From NCBI GenBank assembly GCA_963662285.2, contig CAXXMV010000002.1, positions 1,344,001-1,408,000 on the forward strand: DNA of 64,000 nucleotides, read 5' to 3'. The notes below the pieces were generated by a model that saw only the letters and a program-made list of their open reading frames with translations, made no database searches and had not been told where the DNA came from. The stretch comes from a bacterium. GTDB lineage: Bacteria; Hinthialibacterota; Hinthialibacteria; Hinthialibacterales; Hinthialibacteraceae. Below, piece after piece: positions 1-10,496 of this stretch. Positions within the stretch are counted from its first letter, which is position 1, and each line of letters opens with the position of its first letter. The position numbers were made by a program, and so were the translations under genes.

Positions 1-1585
1 GGGTCTTGAGATGACTTTGAATGACAATCTCGAAGGATTCGCCCAACCGGTGCTGGCCGATAAAGACAAACGACGCCGGATGATTGCTGATGCTGATTAT
101 ACCAAGATTCAAACCCGCGGCATGGATTATTTGTTGACAATTGACAGTTATATTCAATATGTGGTTGAACGGGAATTGAAGAAAGCCTGTCAAAAGACTT
201 CAGCATTGAAAGCTCATGCTGTGGTTATGCATCCCGGCAGCGGCGAAATTTTGGCCATGGCTAATTACCCTACTTTTGATCCCAATAATTATAATGATTT
301 TAACTTGGAATTAAGGAAAAATAGTCTACTAACAGATGTTTTCGAACCAGGCTCAGTTCTGAAGCCTTTTATATTAAGCGCTGCTTTGGAACAAAGAGTC
401 GTAACGCCGCAAATGTCGTTCTATTGTGAAAAGGGATACTACCTTTTTAATAAAAAAACGATCAGAGATGATATTCATCATTTTGAAGATTTAACCGTCC
501 ACGACATTCTGGTTCGATCAAGCAATATTGGCATGGTTAAGATAACTCAGCGTTTGGGAGAAAATCCCTATGATTTTCGCGGTCAAGCTAAAATACTGCA
601 TAACTATTTAAGCCGATTCGGTTTTAAGAATAGCGGAGAGAAGACCACGCAATATCTCCCTGGTGAAACCGGGGGCCTTCTTCGTACGCCGGATGAGTGG
701 CAGCCCTCATCGATTGGTGCGATACCATTCGGGCAGGAAATTTCAACGAACACGCTGGTTTTAACGGCGGCTTATTGCGCCCTGGCCAATCGCGGGCTTT
801 ATTGTCAACCTCAAGTCCTTCTTTCAAAAAGAAGAAGAGACGGTTTGTTTCAGTTGGTGGAAAAGCCAAAACCTGAGCGGATTTTATCTAACCGGGTTGC
901 TGAACAGATCGTGCAGATGATGATAGATGTAACTGAAGACCCTGATGGAACCGGACGAATGGTTCGTATCCCCGGATTTCATATCGCAGGGAAAACCGGA
1001 ACCGCTCAAAAATACGATCCCCAGGTTGGTACCTATGGCAAGGGGATGCGCATTGCCTCTTTTGCCGGTTTTTTCCCAGCCGAAGATCCCCAGGCTGTCA
1101 TTGTAGTAGTGGTTGATGAACCGAAGAAACTAAAATACGGCGGTGAAGTGGCCGGGCCTGTTTTTCAGAAGATTGCTGAAGAACTGATCGCCTATTGGGG
1201 CATGAGTCCTACAGATAAAACTGATCCGCAATTTATTGCGGCGATGGATAAAGAGGCAAAAGAATCATCCAAGCGGAGCCAAATTGCTTCGATAAAGAAA
1301 CCATTTGGTGTTTCACATCAAATGCCGGTCTCTTTGAATCCTGCGCCGCCTGCGCAAGATGGCATGATGCCGGACTTGACTGGATTATCGATCCGTGAGG
1401 CTTATGTATATCTTGCTATGCTTGGAGTTAAAGCCCGATTCGAAGGATCGGGCAAGGTTGTTAAACAGTCTGTCCTACCGGGAATGGTGGTCGATAGAGG
1501 AATCGACATTGGCGTGGTTTATTGTGAACCGGCGCTGACTGACCCGGCAATCTCTGATAAACCTGACGTGGTTGTCCAGCGTTAA
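1..1585 (+). CDS. ftsI: Class B penicillin-binding protein (FtsI/PBP3-like transpeptidase) with C-terminal PASTA domain; 5'-truncated by the window edge
   Basis: SxxK (EPGSVLK), SxN (SSN) and KTG (KTGT) motifs; C-terminal MPDLTGLS PASTA-like segment; first gene of the dcw cluster; no N-terminal TM visible, so the gene starts upstream. Confidence 0.9.
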   Translation, partial: GLEMTLNDNLEGFAQPVLADKDKRRRMIADADYTKIQTRGMDYLLTIDSYIQYVVERELKKACQKTSALKAHAVVMHPGSGEILAMANYPTFDPNNYNDFNLELRKNSLLTDVFEPGSVLKPFILSAALEQRVVTPQMSFYCEKGYYLFNKKTIRDDIHHFEDLTVHDILVRSSNIGMVKITQRLGENPYDFRGQAKILHNYLSRFGFKNSGEKTTQYLPGETGGLLRTPDEWQPSSIGAIPFGQEISTNTLVLTAAYCALANRGLYCQPQVLLSKRRRDGLFQLVEKPKPERILSNRVAEQIVQMMIDVTEDPDGTGRMVRIPGFHIAGKTGTAQKYDPQVGTYGKGMRIASFAGFFPAEDPQAVIVVVVDEPKKLKYGGEVAGPVFQKIAEELIAYWGMSPTDKTDPQFIAAMDKEAKESSKRSQIASIKKPFGVSHQMPVSLNPAPPAQDGMMPDLTGLSIREAYVYLAMLGVKARFEGSGKVVKQSVLPGMVVDRGIDIGVVYCEPALTDPAISDKPDVVVQR

Positions 1586-1663
1586 TCAGATTGGATTAGG
1601 CCTTTTGCGTTTAGGTTGGGTACTCGGATTTTGCGGTTTAATGAAACCGATGAGGTAATGAGC

Positions 1664-3145
1664 ATGATCAAGGCTGATCGTGTTTTTGAGGGTGTTGCCA
1701 TAAGTGAAGTGCATGGAGAGATTCCCCGCGTTTTCAAAAGCCTGACGTGCGACTCACGGCAGGTTGAAGACGGGAGTCTTTTCGTCGCCCTACGCGGCGG
1801 AGCGTCAGATGGTCATGATTTTCTTGACCAGGTCGGACGTGACGGCGCGGCTGCGGCGATAGTGGATCATTTCTGCGATTGCTCCCTCAAAAACCAAATT
1901 ATTGTAGAGAATTCGCTGGCTTCTCTTCCCAGAGTAGCGGCCAATTTCTATGATCATCCCGCTCGACTTTTAAAAGTCTTCGGCATTACCGGATCAAACG
2001 GTAAAACGACCACTGCTTTTTTACTTGAATCAATCCTTAAAACTGCTGATCGTGCAACGGCATTAATCGGGACGATTGAATATCGCTATGACGATATTCA
2101 AATCCCAGCTCCTAATACGACTCCTTTACCGCATGAAATGCAGCGCATATTAAGGGAAATTGTTGATGCAGGGGTTAAGAATGTGGTTATGGAAGTCTCT
2201 TCGCATGGATTGGCTTTGCACCGGGTGGATGAGATCAAGTTCGGCGTCGCTCTGTTTACCAATCTGTCGCAAGATCATTTGGATTTTCATAAAGATATGA
2301 GTCATTACCGTGAAACCAAGAAACGGCTCTTCACCGATTATATGACCGACAATGGCGTTGGCGTGTTTAATTTTGACGATGAAACGGGACGGCAATATTT
2401 TGATGAAGTGCAGTTAAAGAAGAAAATATCATTCGCCATCAACCGTGATGCGGATTTCCGCGCCAGAGATGTTGATATTCGTTTGTCGGGCAGCACCTTT
2501 ACGCTCGAGACTCATTTCGGCGATCATTTCCCGATTCACACCCAAATGGTTGGTCTTCATAATGTCGCCAATATACTAGCGGCGGTATCGGCCGCTTGGG
2601 CGGGAGGCGTCCCTCTGGATGTCATCCGTAAAGGCGTAGAACTTATGCCATCTGTTCCCGGGCGGCTGGAGTCGATTCCCAATAGCATCGGCGCGCAGGT
2701 CGTGGTTGATTATTGCCATACTCCTGATGCTCTTGAGAAATGTCTCCATGCATTAACCGCTATTCCCCATAACCGCATTATTACTCTGTTTGGATGCGGG
2801 GGAGACCGGGATAAAGGCAAGCGCCCCATGATGGGCGAGATCGCCTTGCGCTTCAGCGATCATGTGATTGTGACTTCAGATAATCCCCGCACCGAAGATG
2901 CTGATATGATTATTAAGGATATTGAAGCAGGCATGACGGCGGGTAAAGAAAAATATGATGTGATACCCAAACGCAAGGAAGCCATAAAGGCTGGCGTTGC
3001 TGAACTTAAAGAAGGCGATATTTTCCTGGTAGCCGGCAAAGGTCATGAAACTTATCAGATCATAGGTAGTGAAAAAACTCCATTCGATGACCGTGAAATA
3101 ACCACTGATTATCTCAACCAGGCAGGGAAGGGGGTTAAAGGCTGA
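1664..3145 (+). CDS. murE: UDP-N-acetylmuramoyl-L-alanyl-D-glutamate--2,6-diaminopimelate ligase
   Basis: GITGSNGKTT P-loop, MEVSSH, DHLDFH, DNPR (meso-DAP specificity), GKGHE; start placed at the ATG after GAGGT (ORF track starts at 1616). Confidence 0.95.
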   Translation: MIKADRVFEGVAISEVHGEIPRVFKSLTCDSRQVEDGSLFVALRGGASDGHDFLDQVGRDGAAAAIVDHFCDCSLKNQIIVENSLASLPRVAANFYDHPARLLKVFGITGSNGKTTTAFLLESILKTADRATALIGTIEYRYDDIQIPAPNTTPLPHEMQRILREIVDAGVKNVVMEVSSHGLALHRVDEIKFGVALFTNLSQDHLDFHKDMSHYRETKKRLFTDYMTDNGVGVFNFDDETGRQYFDEVQLKKKISFAINRDADFRARDVDIRLSGSTFTLETHFGDHFPIHTQMVGLHNVANILAAVSAAWAGGVPLDVIRKGVELMPSVPGRLESIPNSIGAQVVVDYCHTPDALEKCLHALTAIPHNRIITLFGCGGDRDKGKRPMMGEIALRFSDHVIVTSDNPRTEDADMIIKDIEAGMTAGKEKYDVIPKRKEAIKAGVAELKEGDIFLVAGKGHETYQIIGSEKTPFDDREITTDYLNQAGKGVKG

Positions 3146-3147
3146 TC

Positions 3148-4260
3148 ATGGCTTTATTATACCTCTTTCCATTATCAAAGATTTATGAAGGTTTAGGTTT
3201 TCTGAACGTTCTGCAATACATTTCGTTCCGTTCGGCTATGGCTGCAGTTACGGCGATGTTTATCGGCGTTCTGATCGGTCCCTATTTCATACGTTGGCTG
3301 CAAGTGATGAAGATCGGGCAGACCATCCGTGGTGAAGGCGTCAAGGAATTATACGAAAAGCATAAGAAAAAATCTGGAACGCCAACTATGGGCGGTACGC
3401 TTATTGTGGCGGCGGTAAGCATCTCCATGCTGCTGTGGGGCAACCTGTCGAACCATCTGGTGTGGACTTGCTTGATCGTCATGTGGGCGCTGGCGGCGCT
3501 CGGTTTCCTGGATGATTACACCAAACTGGCGGAGAAGAAATATAAGGGCGTACGGGCGCGGCAAAAGTTTGTCGTTCAATTGGCAATCGGATCGGCGTTG
3601 GGGTTTGCGTTGTATTTTATTCACCCGCTGGTTCCTCAACGGCCATTTGATCTTTCTATGCCTTTTTTTAAGAACGTATTTATTCCCTTAGGAATTTTGT
3701 ATATTCCTTTCGTGGCCCTGGTTATTACCGGTTCGTCCAATGCGGTAAACCTGACTGACGGTTTGGATGGTTTGGCCAGCGGCTGCGTTATTGTTGCGGC
3801 AATGGCGTTTGCAGCGTTGACCTATGTTGTAGGCCGTACGGATACCAGCAACTATCTGGATATTCTCTATATTGCGCATAGCGGCGAGTTGACGGTATTC
3901 GCCATGTCGCTGGTTGGCGCGACCATGGCCTTTTTATGGTACAACGCCCATCCCGCTCAAATCTTCATGGGAGATACTGGATCATTAGCTTTAGGCGGCG
4001 CTTTGGGAACCTTGGCGGTTCTGATTAAGCAGGAATTATTGCTACTGATTATTGGCGGCGTATTCGTGATGGAAGCGCTGTCCGTGATTTTGCAAGTTAC
4101 CAGCTACCGTTATCGAGGCGGGAAGAGAATTTTTTTGATGGCGCCGCTGCATCATCATTTTGAAATGATGGGGTGGAAAGAGACCACCATTGTAACGCGA
4201 TTCTGGATTATAGCGGCTGTTTTCGCCTTTCTAGGTCTGGCGACATTGAAGTTGCGTTGA
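3148..4260 (+). CDS. mraY: Phospho-N-acetylmuramoyl-pentapeptide transferase
   Basis: GTPTMGG, NAVNLTDGLDGL, FMGDTGS and MAPLHHHFE motifs; multiple TM helices. Confidence 0.97.
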   Translation: MALLYLFPLSKIYEGLGFLNVLQYISFRSAMAAVTAMFIGVLIGPYFIRWLQVMKIGQTIRGEGVKELYEKHKKKSGTPTMGGTLIVAAVSISMLLWGNLSNHLVWTCLIVMWALAALGFLDDYTKLAEKKYKGVRARQKFVVQLAIGSALGFALYFIHPLVPQRPFDLSMPFFKNVFIPLGILYIPFVALVITGSSNAVNLTDGLDGLASGCVIVAAMAFAALTYVVGRTDTSNYLDILYIAHSGELTVFAMSLVGATMAFLWYNAHPAQIFMGDTGSLALGGALGTLAVLIKQELLLLIIGGVFVMEALSVILQVTSYRYRGGKRIFLMAPLHHHFEMMGWKETTIVTRFWIIAAVFAFLGLATLKLR

Positions 4261-4331
4261 TTTTGGCAGACCAAAAACGCTGATTGTAATATGAAATAAA
4301 TGAAAGAGATTTTTTACGGTGAGAAGACCGT

Positions 4332-5741
4332 ATGAGTATAAAGAGTATGTGGATGACAATTAACCAAAACGAAATCCGGAAGGCTCTCTCTGGACCCTCG
4401 CCCCGCCTGACAGGCTTATGCGGGCTGGTGGTGGGAATGGGGCAGAGCGGCTCAGCTGCGACGGAATTATTGCGTCGTGAAGGGGCTTCCATCTGGATTT
4501 ACGATGCGGATCAAAGCAAGACTGAAGCGCTTCGGCAACAATGGGAACCGTGTGGCGCCCGTGTGTTGACTGGCGACCTTCAACCTATGCAGGGCATCGA
4601 TTTTTGCCTTGTCAGCCCCGGCGTTCCACCCACTGGAGTATTTTTTACCTGGTTGCGTCAGGCCGATATTCCACTGTTGGGCGAGATGGAACTGGGATGC
4701 CGTTTTCTACAGCGACCGATTATCGCGGTTACCGGCACTAATGGTAAAACTACGGTTACCGGCATGATCGCTCATATTTTGAATCAATGTGGGCATGAAG
4801 CTGAAGAAGTGGGTAATGTCGGTTATCCGGTCTGTCAGGCGGCGGTTGATAGCCAACGCCAAAGCGATAAGCCATTAGTTATGGAAGTCAGCAGTTATCA
4901 GTGTGAAACTTTTGATGAATTTAAACCCCGGGTGGGAGTGATTACCAATCTCGCTCCGGATCACCTGGATAGATATACATCGGAACAAGAGTATTACCAG
5001 ACCAAGTTTAATATCGCTAAGAATCAGGCGCCGCATGAGGCACTATGGTTGGGCCCCAGGGTTGAGGGCGATTGTCCCGTGTGGGTTCCATCGAGAAAAA
5101 GAGAATTTGCTATCAATGAAGTGGGGTCTGATGGCCTCTTTTTCTCCGAAGGAACCGTCATTCACCGGGATGACCAGAATGAGGAACGGCTGCTTTGGCC
5201 GTCCTTCGCAAATAATCCGTCTCAACAAACCTTGAACGCATTGGCGGCCGCAGGCGCCGCCCTGTCTTTCGGCGTTCAACTTGAAGAGGCGTTGCATGCT
5301 TTAGATTCGTTTAAGTCATTGCCGCATCGCTTGGAATTCGTCGCTGAAGTAAAGGGTATGCGTTGTTATAACGATTCCAAGGCGACCAATGTTCATGCTC
5401 TCCTGGCGGCGTTGCGGTCATTGAGCGGCCCGATACGCCTTATCGCCGGAGGGCGTCCTAAAGGCGACTGTCTTGATGTTCTCGAACCGTTGATCCGGGA
5501 GAAGGTGAAAGCGATTTACCTTATCGGTGAGGCGGCGGAAGAATTCAATCAGGCGTGGAGTCCATTAGTCGAAACCCATGTGGAAGAGACGCTGGAAGCA
5601 GCTGTGGCGCATGGTTTGCGGGAAGGCGTTGAAGGCGAAATCCTCTTGTTGTCTCCCGCCTGCGCCAGCTGGGATATGTTCGAAAACTATAAGGTGCGCG
5701 GTGATATTTTCAAGCAAACGGTGAAGGAGTGGAAAGCATGA
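4332..5741 (+). CDS. murD: UDP-N-acetylmuramoyl-L-alanine--D-glutamate ligase
   Basis: VSPGVP, TGTNGKTT, EVSSYQ, DHLDRY, YNDSKATN, LLSPACASWDMF; exact start uncertain. Confidence 0.95.
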   Translation: MSIKSMWMTINQNEIRKALSGPSPRLTGLCGLVVGMGQSGSAATELLRREGASIWIYDADQSKTEALRQQWEPCGARVLTGDLQPMQGIDFCLVSPGVPPTGVFFTWLRQADIPLLGEMELGCRFLQRPIIAVTGTNGKTTVTGMIAHILNQCGHEAEEVGNVGYPVCQAAVDSQRQSDKPLVMEVSSYQCETFDEFKPRVGVITNLAPDHLDRYTSEQEYYQTKFNIAKNQAPHEALWLGPRVEGDCPVWVPSRKREFAINEVGSDGLFFSEGTVIHRDDQNEERLLWPSFANNPSQQTLNALAAAGAALSFGVQLEEALHALDSFKSLPHRLEFVAEVKGMRCYNDSKATNVHALLAALRSLSGPIRLIAGGRPKGDCLDVLEPLIREKVKAIYLIGEAAEEFNQAWSPLVETHVEETLEAAVAHGLREGVEGEILLLSPACASWDMFENYKVRGDIFKQTVKEWKA

Positions 5742-6898
5742 TCCGGACCGGCCCGTTTGTTATCGGCTCCTTGTTTTTTTTGACTATCGTCCTGGTTTTG
5801 TTGGGCGTCATTATGGTGTTTAGTTCCAGTCAGTTTGTCTTTACCAAAGGCGCGATGGAAAACATCAACAACAGTAATGTCTATCAATTGATGGGCAAGC
5901 AATTAATGGGGATCAGTCTCGGATTAGCTTTATTATGCTTTTTCTATTTATGCGACTTTAATATATGGGAACGATATTCACGATGGATCATGTTGCTTGC
6001 AATTGTGCTTCTCGCCTTGGTCTTTACCAAGTTTGGCGTAGAAAAAAAGGCGGCGTATCGTTGGTTGACCTTAGGTCCGTTCAGGTTTCAACCATCAGAA
6101 TTTGCTAAAATCGCGGTGATTTTATATCTATCATCCACTTGGGCCGGGCGTATCGACCGGGTTCGTTCTTTAACCAAAGTTCTTTTTCCCATTATGTTTG
6201 TGGGACTGGCTCTAGGATTGATCCTGATTGAGCCAAACAACAGTACAACTTTCTTTATCGGTATGATTGTTTTGAGCATCTGGTTTGTTGCGGGTGGACG
6301 TCTGCTGCACTTGGCGCCGGTTTTTATTGCTTTTTGCGGCGCCATATTAACCGCATTGTACTATAAGCCAAATCTATTCTTGAGGATAAGGGGCTGGCTT
6401 GAGCCGGATAAATATCCGCACACCGCCTTGCAGTTCATTACATCACGCAACTCGTTCGCTCATGGTGGATTATGGGGCGTCGGACTTGGCGAGGGGCAAG
6501 GGCAATTGCATATTCCGGAAGCGCATACAGATTACATCTTCTCTATTATGGGTGAAGAACTTGGTTTTATTCTTTGTACGTTAGTTATCTGTCTATACCT
6601 GACTCTTTGTCTTCTAGGATTCTGGATCGCAATGCGATGCAGCAATCCCTTTGGCCGCTTGGTGGCGGTTGGGTGTACAACAGTCTTGAGTTTGCAGGCC
6701 GCATTGAATATCGCAGTGGTAACGGGATGTCTTCCAACCACAGGTTTGGCCCTGCCGTTTCTGTCCTATGGAAGATCATCCCTGCTAGTGAGCATGTCGT
6801 TGATTGGACTTTTAATGAATGTAGCCAAGGAGTCGTTTGATGCGGAAAGCGCGTCAGAGCATCCCGCTAAACGACGCCGCGCCTGGGCTTCTGCGTAA
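5738..6898 (+). CDS. ftsW: SEDS peptidoglycan polymerase FtsW
   Basis: FQPSEFAK, PEAHTDYIF, GEELG, LPFLSYG; ATG overlaps the murD stop (ATGA). Confidence 0.93.
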   Translation: MIRTGPFVIGSLFFLTIVLVLLGVIMVFSSSQFVFTKGAMENINNSNVYQLMGKQLMGISLGLALLCFFYLCDFNIWERYSRWIMLLAIVLLALVFTKFGVEKKAAYRWLTLGPFRFQPSEFAKIAVILYLSSTWAGRIDRVRSLTKVLFPIMFVGLALGLILIEPNNSTTFFIGMIVLSIWFVAGGRLLHLAPVFIAFCGAILTALYYKPNLFLRIRGWLEPDKYPHTALQFITSRNSFAHGGLWGVGLGEGQGQLHIPEAHTDYIFSIMGEELGFILCTLVICLYLTLCLLGFWIAMRCSNPFGRLVAVGCTTVLSLQAALNIAVVTGCLPTTGLALPFLSYGRSSLLVSMSLIGLLMNVAKESFDAESASEHPAKRRRAWASA

Positions 6899-6937
6899 TT
6901 ATGCAGAACCGGGACTACTTGTATAGAAGAGTGGCAA

Positions 6938-8032
6938 TTGAGAAATAATAGAAGAACTATTGTTATCACGGGTGGAGGAACCGGCGGGCATCTGTTTCCA
7001 GCGCTTGCTGTTGCCGAAGCGTTGCGTGAAGCTGAGCCGGATATTGAATTGCTGTATATTAGCCGTGAAAACAATAGAGACCGTAGTGAAGTTGAACAAA
7101 GGAATATCCCTTTCCGGGGTTTTAAATTGTCTGGATTGCGGCGCAAAATTTCGCTGAAAAATTTATTAGCTTTATGGCGTTTTGCCGCTGCTTTGATTAA
7201 ATGCTGGTTGTTGCTCAGGCGTCAATCCAAGGGCGTTGTATTCGGCGTCGGAGGATATACTGCGGCGCCCGCAATGGTTGCCGGAAAACTGGCAGGCTGG
7301 AAACTGGCGCTTCACGAACAGAATTCCGTTCCCGGTCTGGTCAACCGGATCATGGCTTCCCGGTGTGACCGGGTTTTTTTGACATTCGATTCAACACGGG
7401 AATATTTGAGCGGCGCGTCGATGGTTACAACGGGTCTTCCAATGCGGAAAGAATTACAGGAAGCAATGGATTCGGCGTCAGCTTATAAGAAAAAAGACGG
7501 CCCTTTTGTATTAATCATGGGCGGCAGTCAGGGCGCCCGGAAACTGGTTGAGATTGGTTTGACGGTATTGCAGAAAATCAGTGATCGTGGAGTGGCTTAT
7601 AGGGCTTTGATTCAAACGGGTGAAAAAAATTATGATTGGGCGGTTTCTTTGCCAAAACCAGACCAGGTTGAATTGACGCCGTTTATTGAAAATATGGCGG
7701 AAGTTTATAAAAAAACGGATATTGTAGTCAGCCGGGCGGGATCAGGGAGTTTATCGGAAATTGCATTACTGGGGCTTCCTTCAATTTTGATCCCTTATCC
7801 ATTCGCCAGTGAGGATCATCAATTGATTAACGCCAGAGGTTTTCAGAATACTGGCGCCGCTTACCTGATCGAAGAGCAAGACTTGACGCCGGAACGGTTG
7901 AGCGAATATTTATCTTCGCTTTTACAGCGCGATGAAGAACGTCTGGCAATGGGACAATGCGCTTTATCGCTCGCTAAACGCGATGCAGCGCCAACCATCG
8001 CCAAAGAACTATTACGGCTTTTGGATATATAA
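6938..8032 (+). CDS. murG: Undecaprenyl-PP-MurNAc-pentapeptide GlcNAc transferase
   Basis: GGGTGGHLFPA, HEQN, GGSQGA, SRAG, HQxxNA. Confidence 0.96.
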   Translation: MRNNRRTIVITGGGTGGHLFPALAVAEALREAEPDIELLYISRENNRDRSEVEQRNIPFRGFKLSGLRRKISLKNLLALWRFAAALIKCWLLLRRQSKGVVFGVGGYTAAPAMVAGKLAGWKLALHEQNSVPGLVNRIMASRCDRVFLTFDSTREYLSGASMVTTGLPMRKELQEAMDSASAYKKKDGPFVLIMGGSQGARKLVEIGLTVLQKISDRGVAYRALIQTGEKNYDWAVSLPKPDQVELTPFIENMAEVYKKTDIVVSRAGSGSLSEIALLGLPSILIPYPFASEDHQLINARGFQNTGAAYLIEEQDLTPERLSEYLSSLLQRDEERLAMGQCALSLAKRDAAPTIAKELLRLLDI

Positions 8033-8110
8033 GACATTGATTTAGTGTTTGATAATTAATTTTATTTTGTGATTTAAATTAGGGTTGAAATAGTCGAAAG
8101 GTTGAGGGCA

Positions 8111-9514
8111 ATGCAACAGGTGGAATCCCTATGTGGGTTCAATCATATACACCTGATAGGCATCGGTGGAATTGGAGTCAGCGGGCTGGCTCAAGTTCTT
8201 CATGCCTTCGGGTATAACGTTACCGGTTCAGACCCATCGTATAACGTCGTGACCGAGCGCCTTGAGCAGCTCGGTATCAAGATATTTCACGACCATAATG
8301 CGGATAATATAACCGGTGCATCTCTCATTGTCGCTACTTCTGCGGTCAAGGATTCCAATCCCGAAATTCAAGCAGCTCGCCAACAGAATATTCCTGTATG
8401 GCCTCGCGCGCGTATGTTGGGCTGTCTGGTTAACGATCATCGCGCTCTGGTTGTAACCGGAGCGCATGGCAAAACCACTATTACGGCATTGTTGACTCAC
8501 CTTTTTCTGGATACAGGACTCGACCCGACTGCTTTTATCGGCGGTGACGTGGCTTCTCTGGGAGGCAATGTTCATGTGGGGCGTGGTGAATGGGCTATCG
8601 CCGAAGGTGATGAGAGCGATGGCTCCTTCATATATCTCAAACCTGAGATAGCCATTATAAATAATATTGACGCTGATCATCTTGATTTTTACGAAAATAT
8701 TGACGCCATCATTGAGCAGTTCAACCTTTTCCTGCAAGGCGTCTCTGAAAATTGCCAGGTGCTGATTTCGGCTGATTGTCCGCATTGCAAAAAATTAATT
8801 ATTCGTCCTGATTGTCAGGTCATAACTTATGGATTTTCTGAATCGGCTGATATCCGGGGAAGTGGTTACAAGGCTGACGCCAATGGATGCCAAGGCAACG
8901 TTTCGGTTCGTGGCCGCGATATAGGTTTATTGAAATTGCAACTATCGGGCAAAGGTCATTATCATAACGCCTTGGCGACTGTAGCTGTTAGTTCCGTGTT
9001 GAATCTTCCATTTGCGCAAGTATTCGAATCGCTGGTGAAATTTGAAGGCGTCAAGCGGCGTATGGAGTATAAAGGCTCTTACCGGGGCATTACGGTTCTG
9101 GATGATTATGCGCATCATCCCACTGAAATAAAAACTACTATTCAGGGTTTACTCGACCGGCGCCCCAAGCGTTTGATCGGCGTCTTTCAACCACATCTTT
9201 ATTCTCGAACTATGAAATTACTCGATGATTTCGGCGTATCTTTCGTCGGATTGGACCAACTGGTTTTAACCGATATTTACCCTGCGCGTGAATTGCCCGT
9301 TCCTGGAGTTACAGGAGAAATACTATTAGAACCAGTCAGGAAGAGCGGCGTGGATGTATGTTATATCTCATCTATTTCTGATGTTCCCTCTGTTCTGGTT
9401 CCCCAACTTGAAGAAGGCGACGTTGTGGTCACTTTTGGCGCTGGTGATATCTGGATGGCGGGCGAAGCGATATTGGATATGCTTGCATCCGGTCAGGATG
9501 GCCAGAATTTATGA
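8111..9514 (+). CDS. murC: UDP-N-acetylmuramate--L-alanine ligase
   Basis: HLIGIGGIGVSG, GAHGKTT, EGDESDGSF, DDYAHHPTE, FQPHLYSRT. Confidence 0.96.
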   Translation: MQQVESLCGFNHIHLIGIGGIGVSGLAQVLHAFGYNVTGSDPSYNVVTERLEQLGIKIFHDHNADNITGASLIVATSAVKDSNPEIQAARQQNIPVWPRARMLGCLVNDHRALVVTGAHGKTTITALLTHLFLDTGLDPTAFIGGDVASLGGNVHVGRGEWAIAEGDESDGSFIYLKPEIAIINNIDADHLDFYENIDAIIEQFNLFLQGVSENCQVLISADCPHCKKLIIRPDCQVITYGFSESADIRGSGYKADANGCQGNVSVRGRDIGLLKLQLSGKGHYHNALATVAVSSVLNLPFAQVFESLVKFEGVKRRMEYKGSYRGITVLDDYAHHPTEIKTTIQGLLDRRPKRLIGVFQPHLYSRTMKLLDDFGVSFVGLDQLVLTDIYPARELPVPGVTGEILLEPVRKSGVDVCYISSISDVPSVLVPQLEEGDVVVTFGAGDIWMAGEAILDMLASGQDGQNL

Positions 9515-10392
9515 AAGATTATTTCATACGCTTAAATCAATGGGTGAGAAATCTGGTGCGTAATTTATGCCGCATGTTGATTCTGGGCGTATCTATTGCC
9601 GGATTGATCCTTCTGTTGGCCGACGCGGTTATGAAATTCTTTACTTCTTCCGAATTTACGGTTGATGAAATAACAATCAGTGGAAATAAGCGGGTGGATG
9701 TGAATGATATTCTTGCCCAGATGGCGATTGCGCCGGGTGAAAATATATGGCTGGTCAATCTGGAAGACCTGGGAAAGCGGTTGGAAAAGCATCCGGCGAT
9801 TCGCCATGCAGGCGTGCGTCGTTTTCCCCCTAAGCGGATTCACATATCTATTGAAGAACGTGAGTTTATCGCGTTTTTTATGAATGATGATGGTTCTTTA
9901 TTGGGGCTTGATCCAGAAGGCGTGGTGTTGCCGCCTCCCATTGGATTCAATGCTTCAGCATCACCAGATGAAATCAGCGATGCGGATATTGAGGCGTTGC
10001 TGAGTTATCCGGTGTTAAGAGGAGAGGTTTCGTTTCCAAAGACATTTGGAGAACGAACATCCAATCTGAAAATGCAGATTATTCTATTATTTTTGAAACA
10101 GTTGCAGGCGGAATCGCCATTATTTTTTAAGGAAATTGTTGAAGGTGAAATGAGAAAAGATGGAAATTTCCTGCTACACCTGCGGCGCCGTATCGGAGTT
10201 CTGGTTCTGCGTGATATGACCAAGCCGGATTTGATAAAAAAAATTGATGCTTTCTGGCAGACAATGGAAAAAGAAGGCCTGAGAGCAGTTTATGTTGATG
10301 GGCGTTTCCCCGAAAAGGGTTTCGCGGTTCGCGCTGATGCTCAGCAGAATGATCAATGGGAACAGTTATACCGGATGGATGAAGCATCTTGA
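9511..10392 (+). CDS. ftsQ: Cell division protein FtsQ/DivIB
   Basis: Single N-terminal TM followed by a POTRA-like domain (ITISGN...VRRFPPKRIHISIEER); lies between murC and ftsA. Confidence 0.8.
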   Translation: MKDYFIRLNQWVRNLVRNLCRMLILGVSIAGLILLLADAVMKFFTSSEFTVDEITISGNKRVDVNDILAQMAIAPGENIWLVNLEDLGKRLEKHPAIRHAGVRRFPPKRIHISIEEREFIAFFMNDDGSLLGLDPEGVVLPPPIGFNASASPDEISDADIEALLSYPVLRGEVSFPKTFGERTSNLKMQIILLFLKQLQAESPLFFKEIVEGEMRKDGNFLLHLRRRIGVLVLRDMTKPDLIKKIDAFWQTMEKEGLRAVYVDGRFPEKGFAVRADAQQNDQWEQLYRMDEAS

Positions 10393-10496
10393 TGCTCTTA
10401 TAAATAAGGCTGATGCACAATCTTAAGTGAAGATATTTCGCCAATGGCATTTTTTGATGAAAAGTATGAATGCAATAAATAGTAAGTAGGAAATTG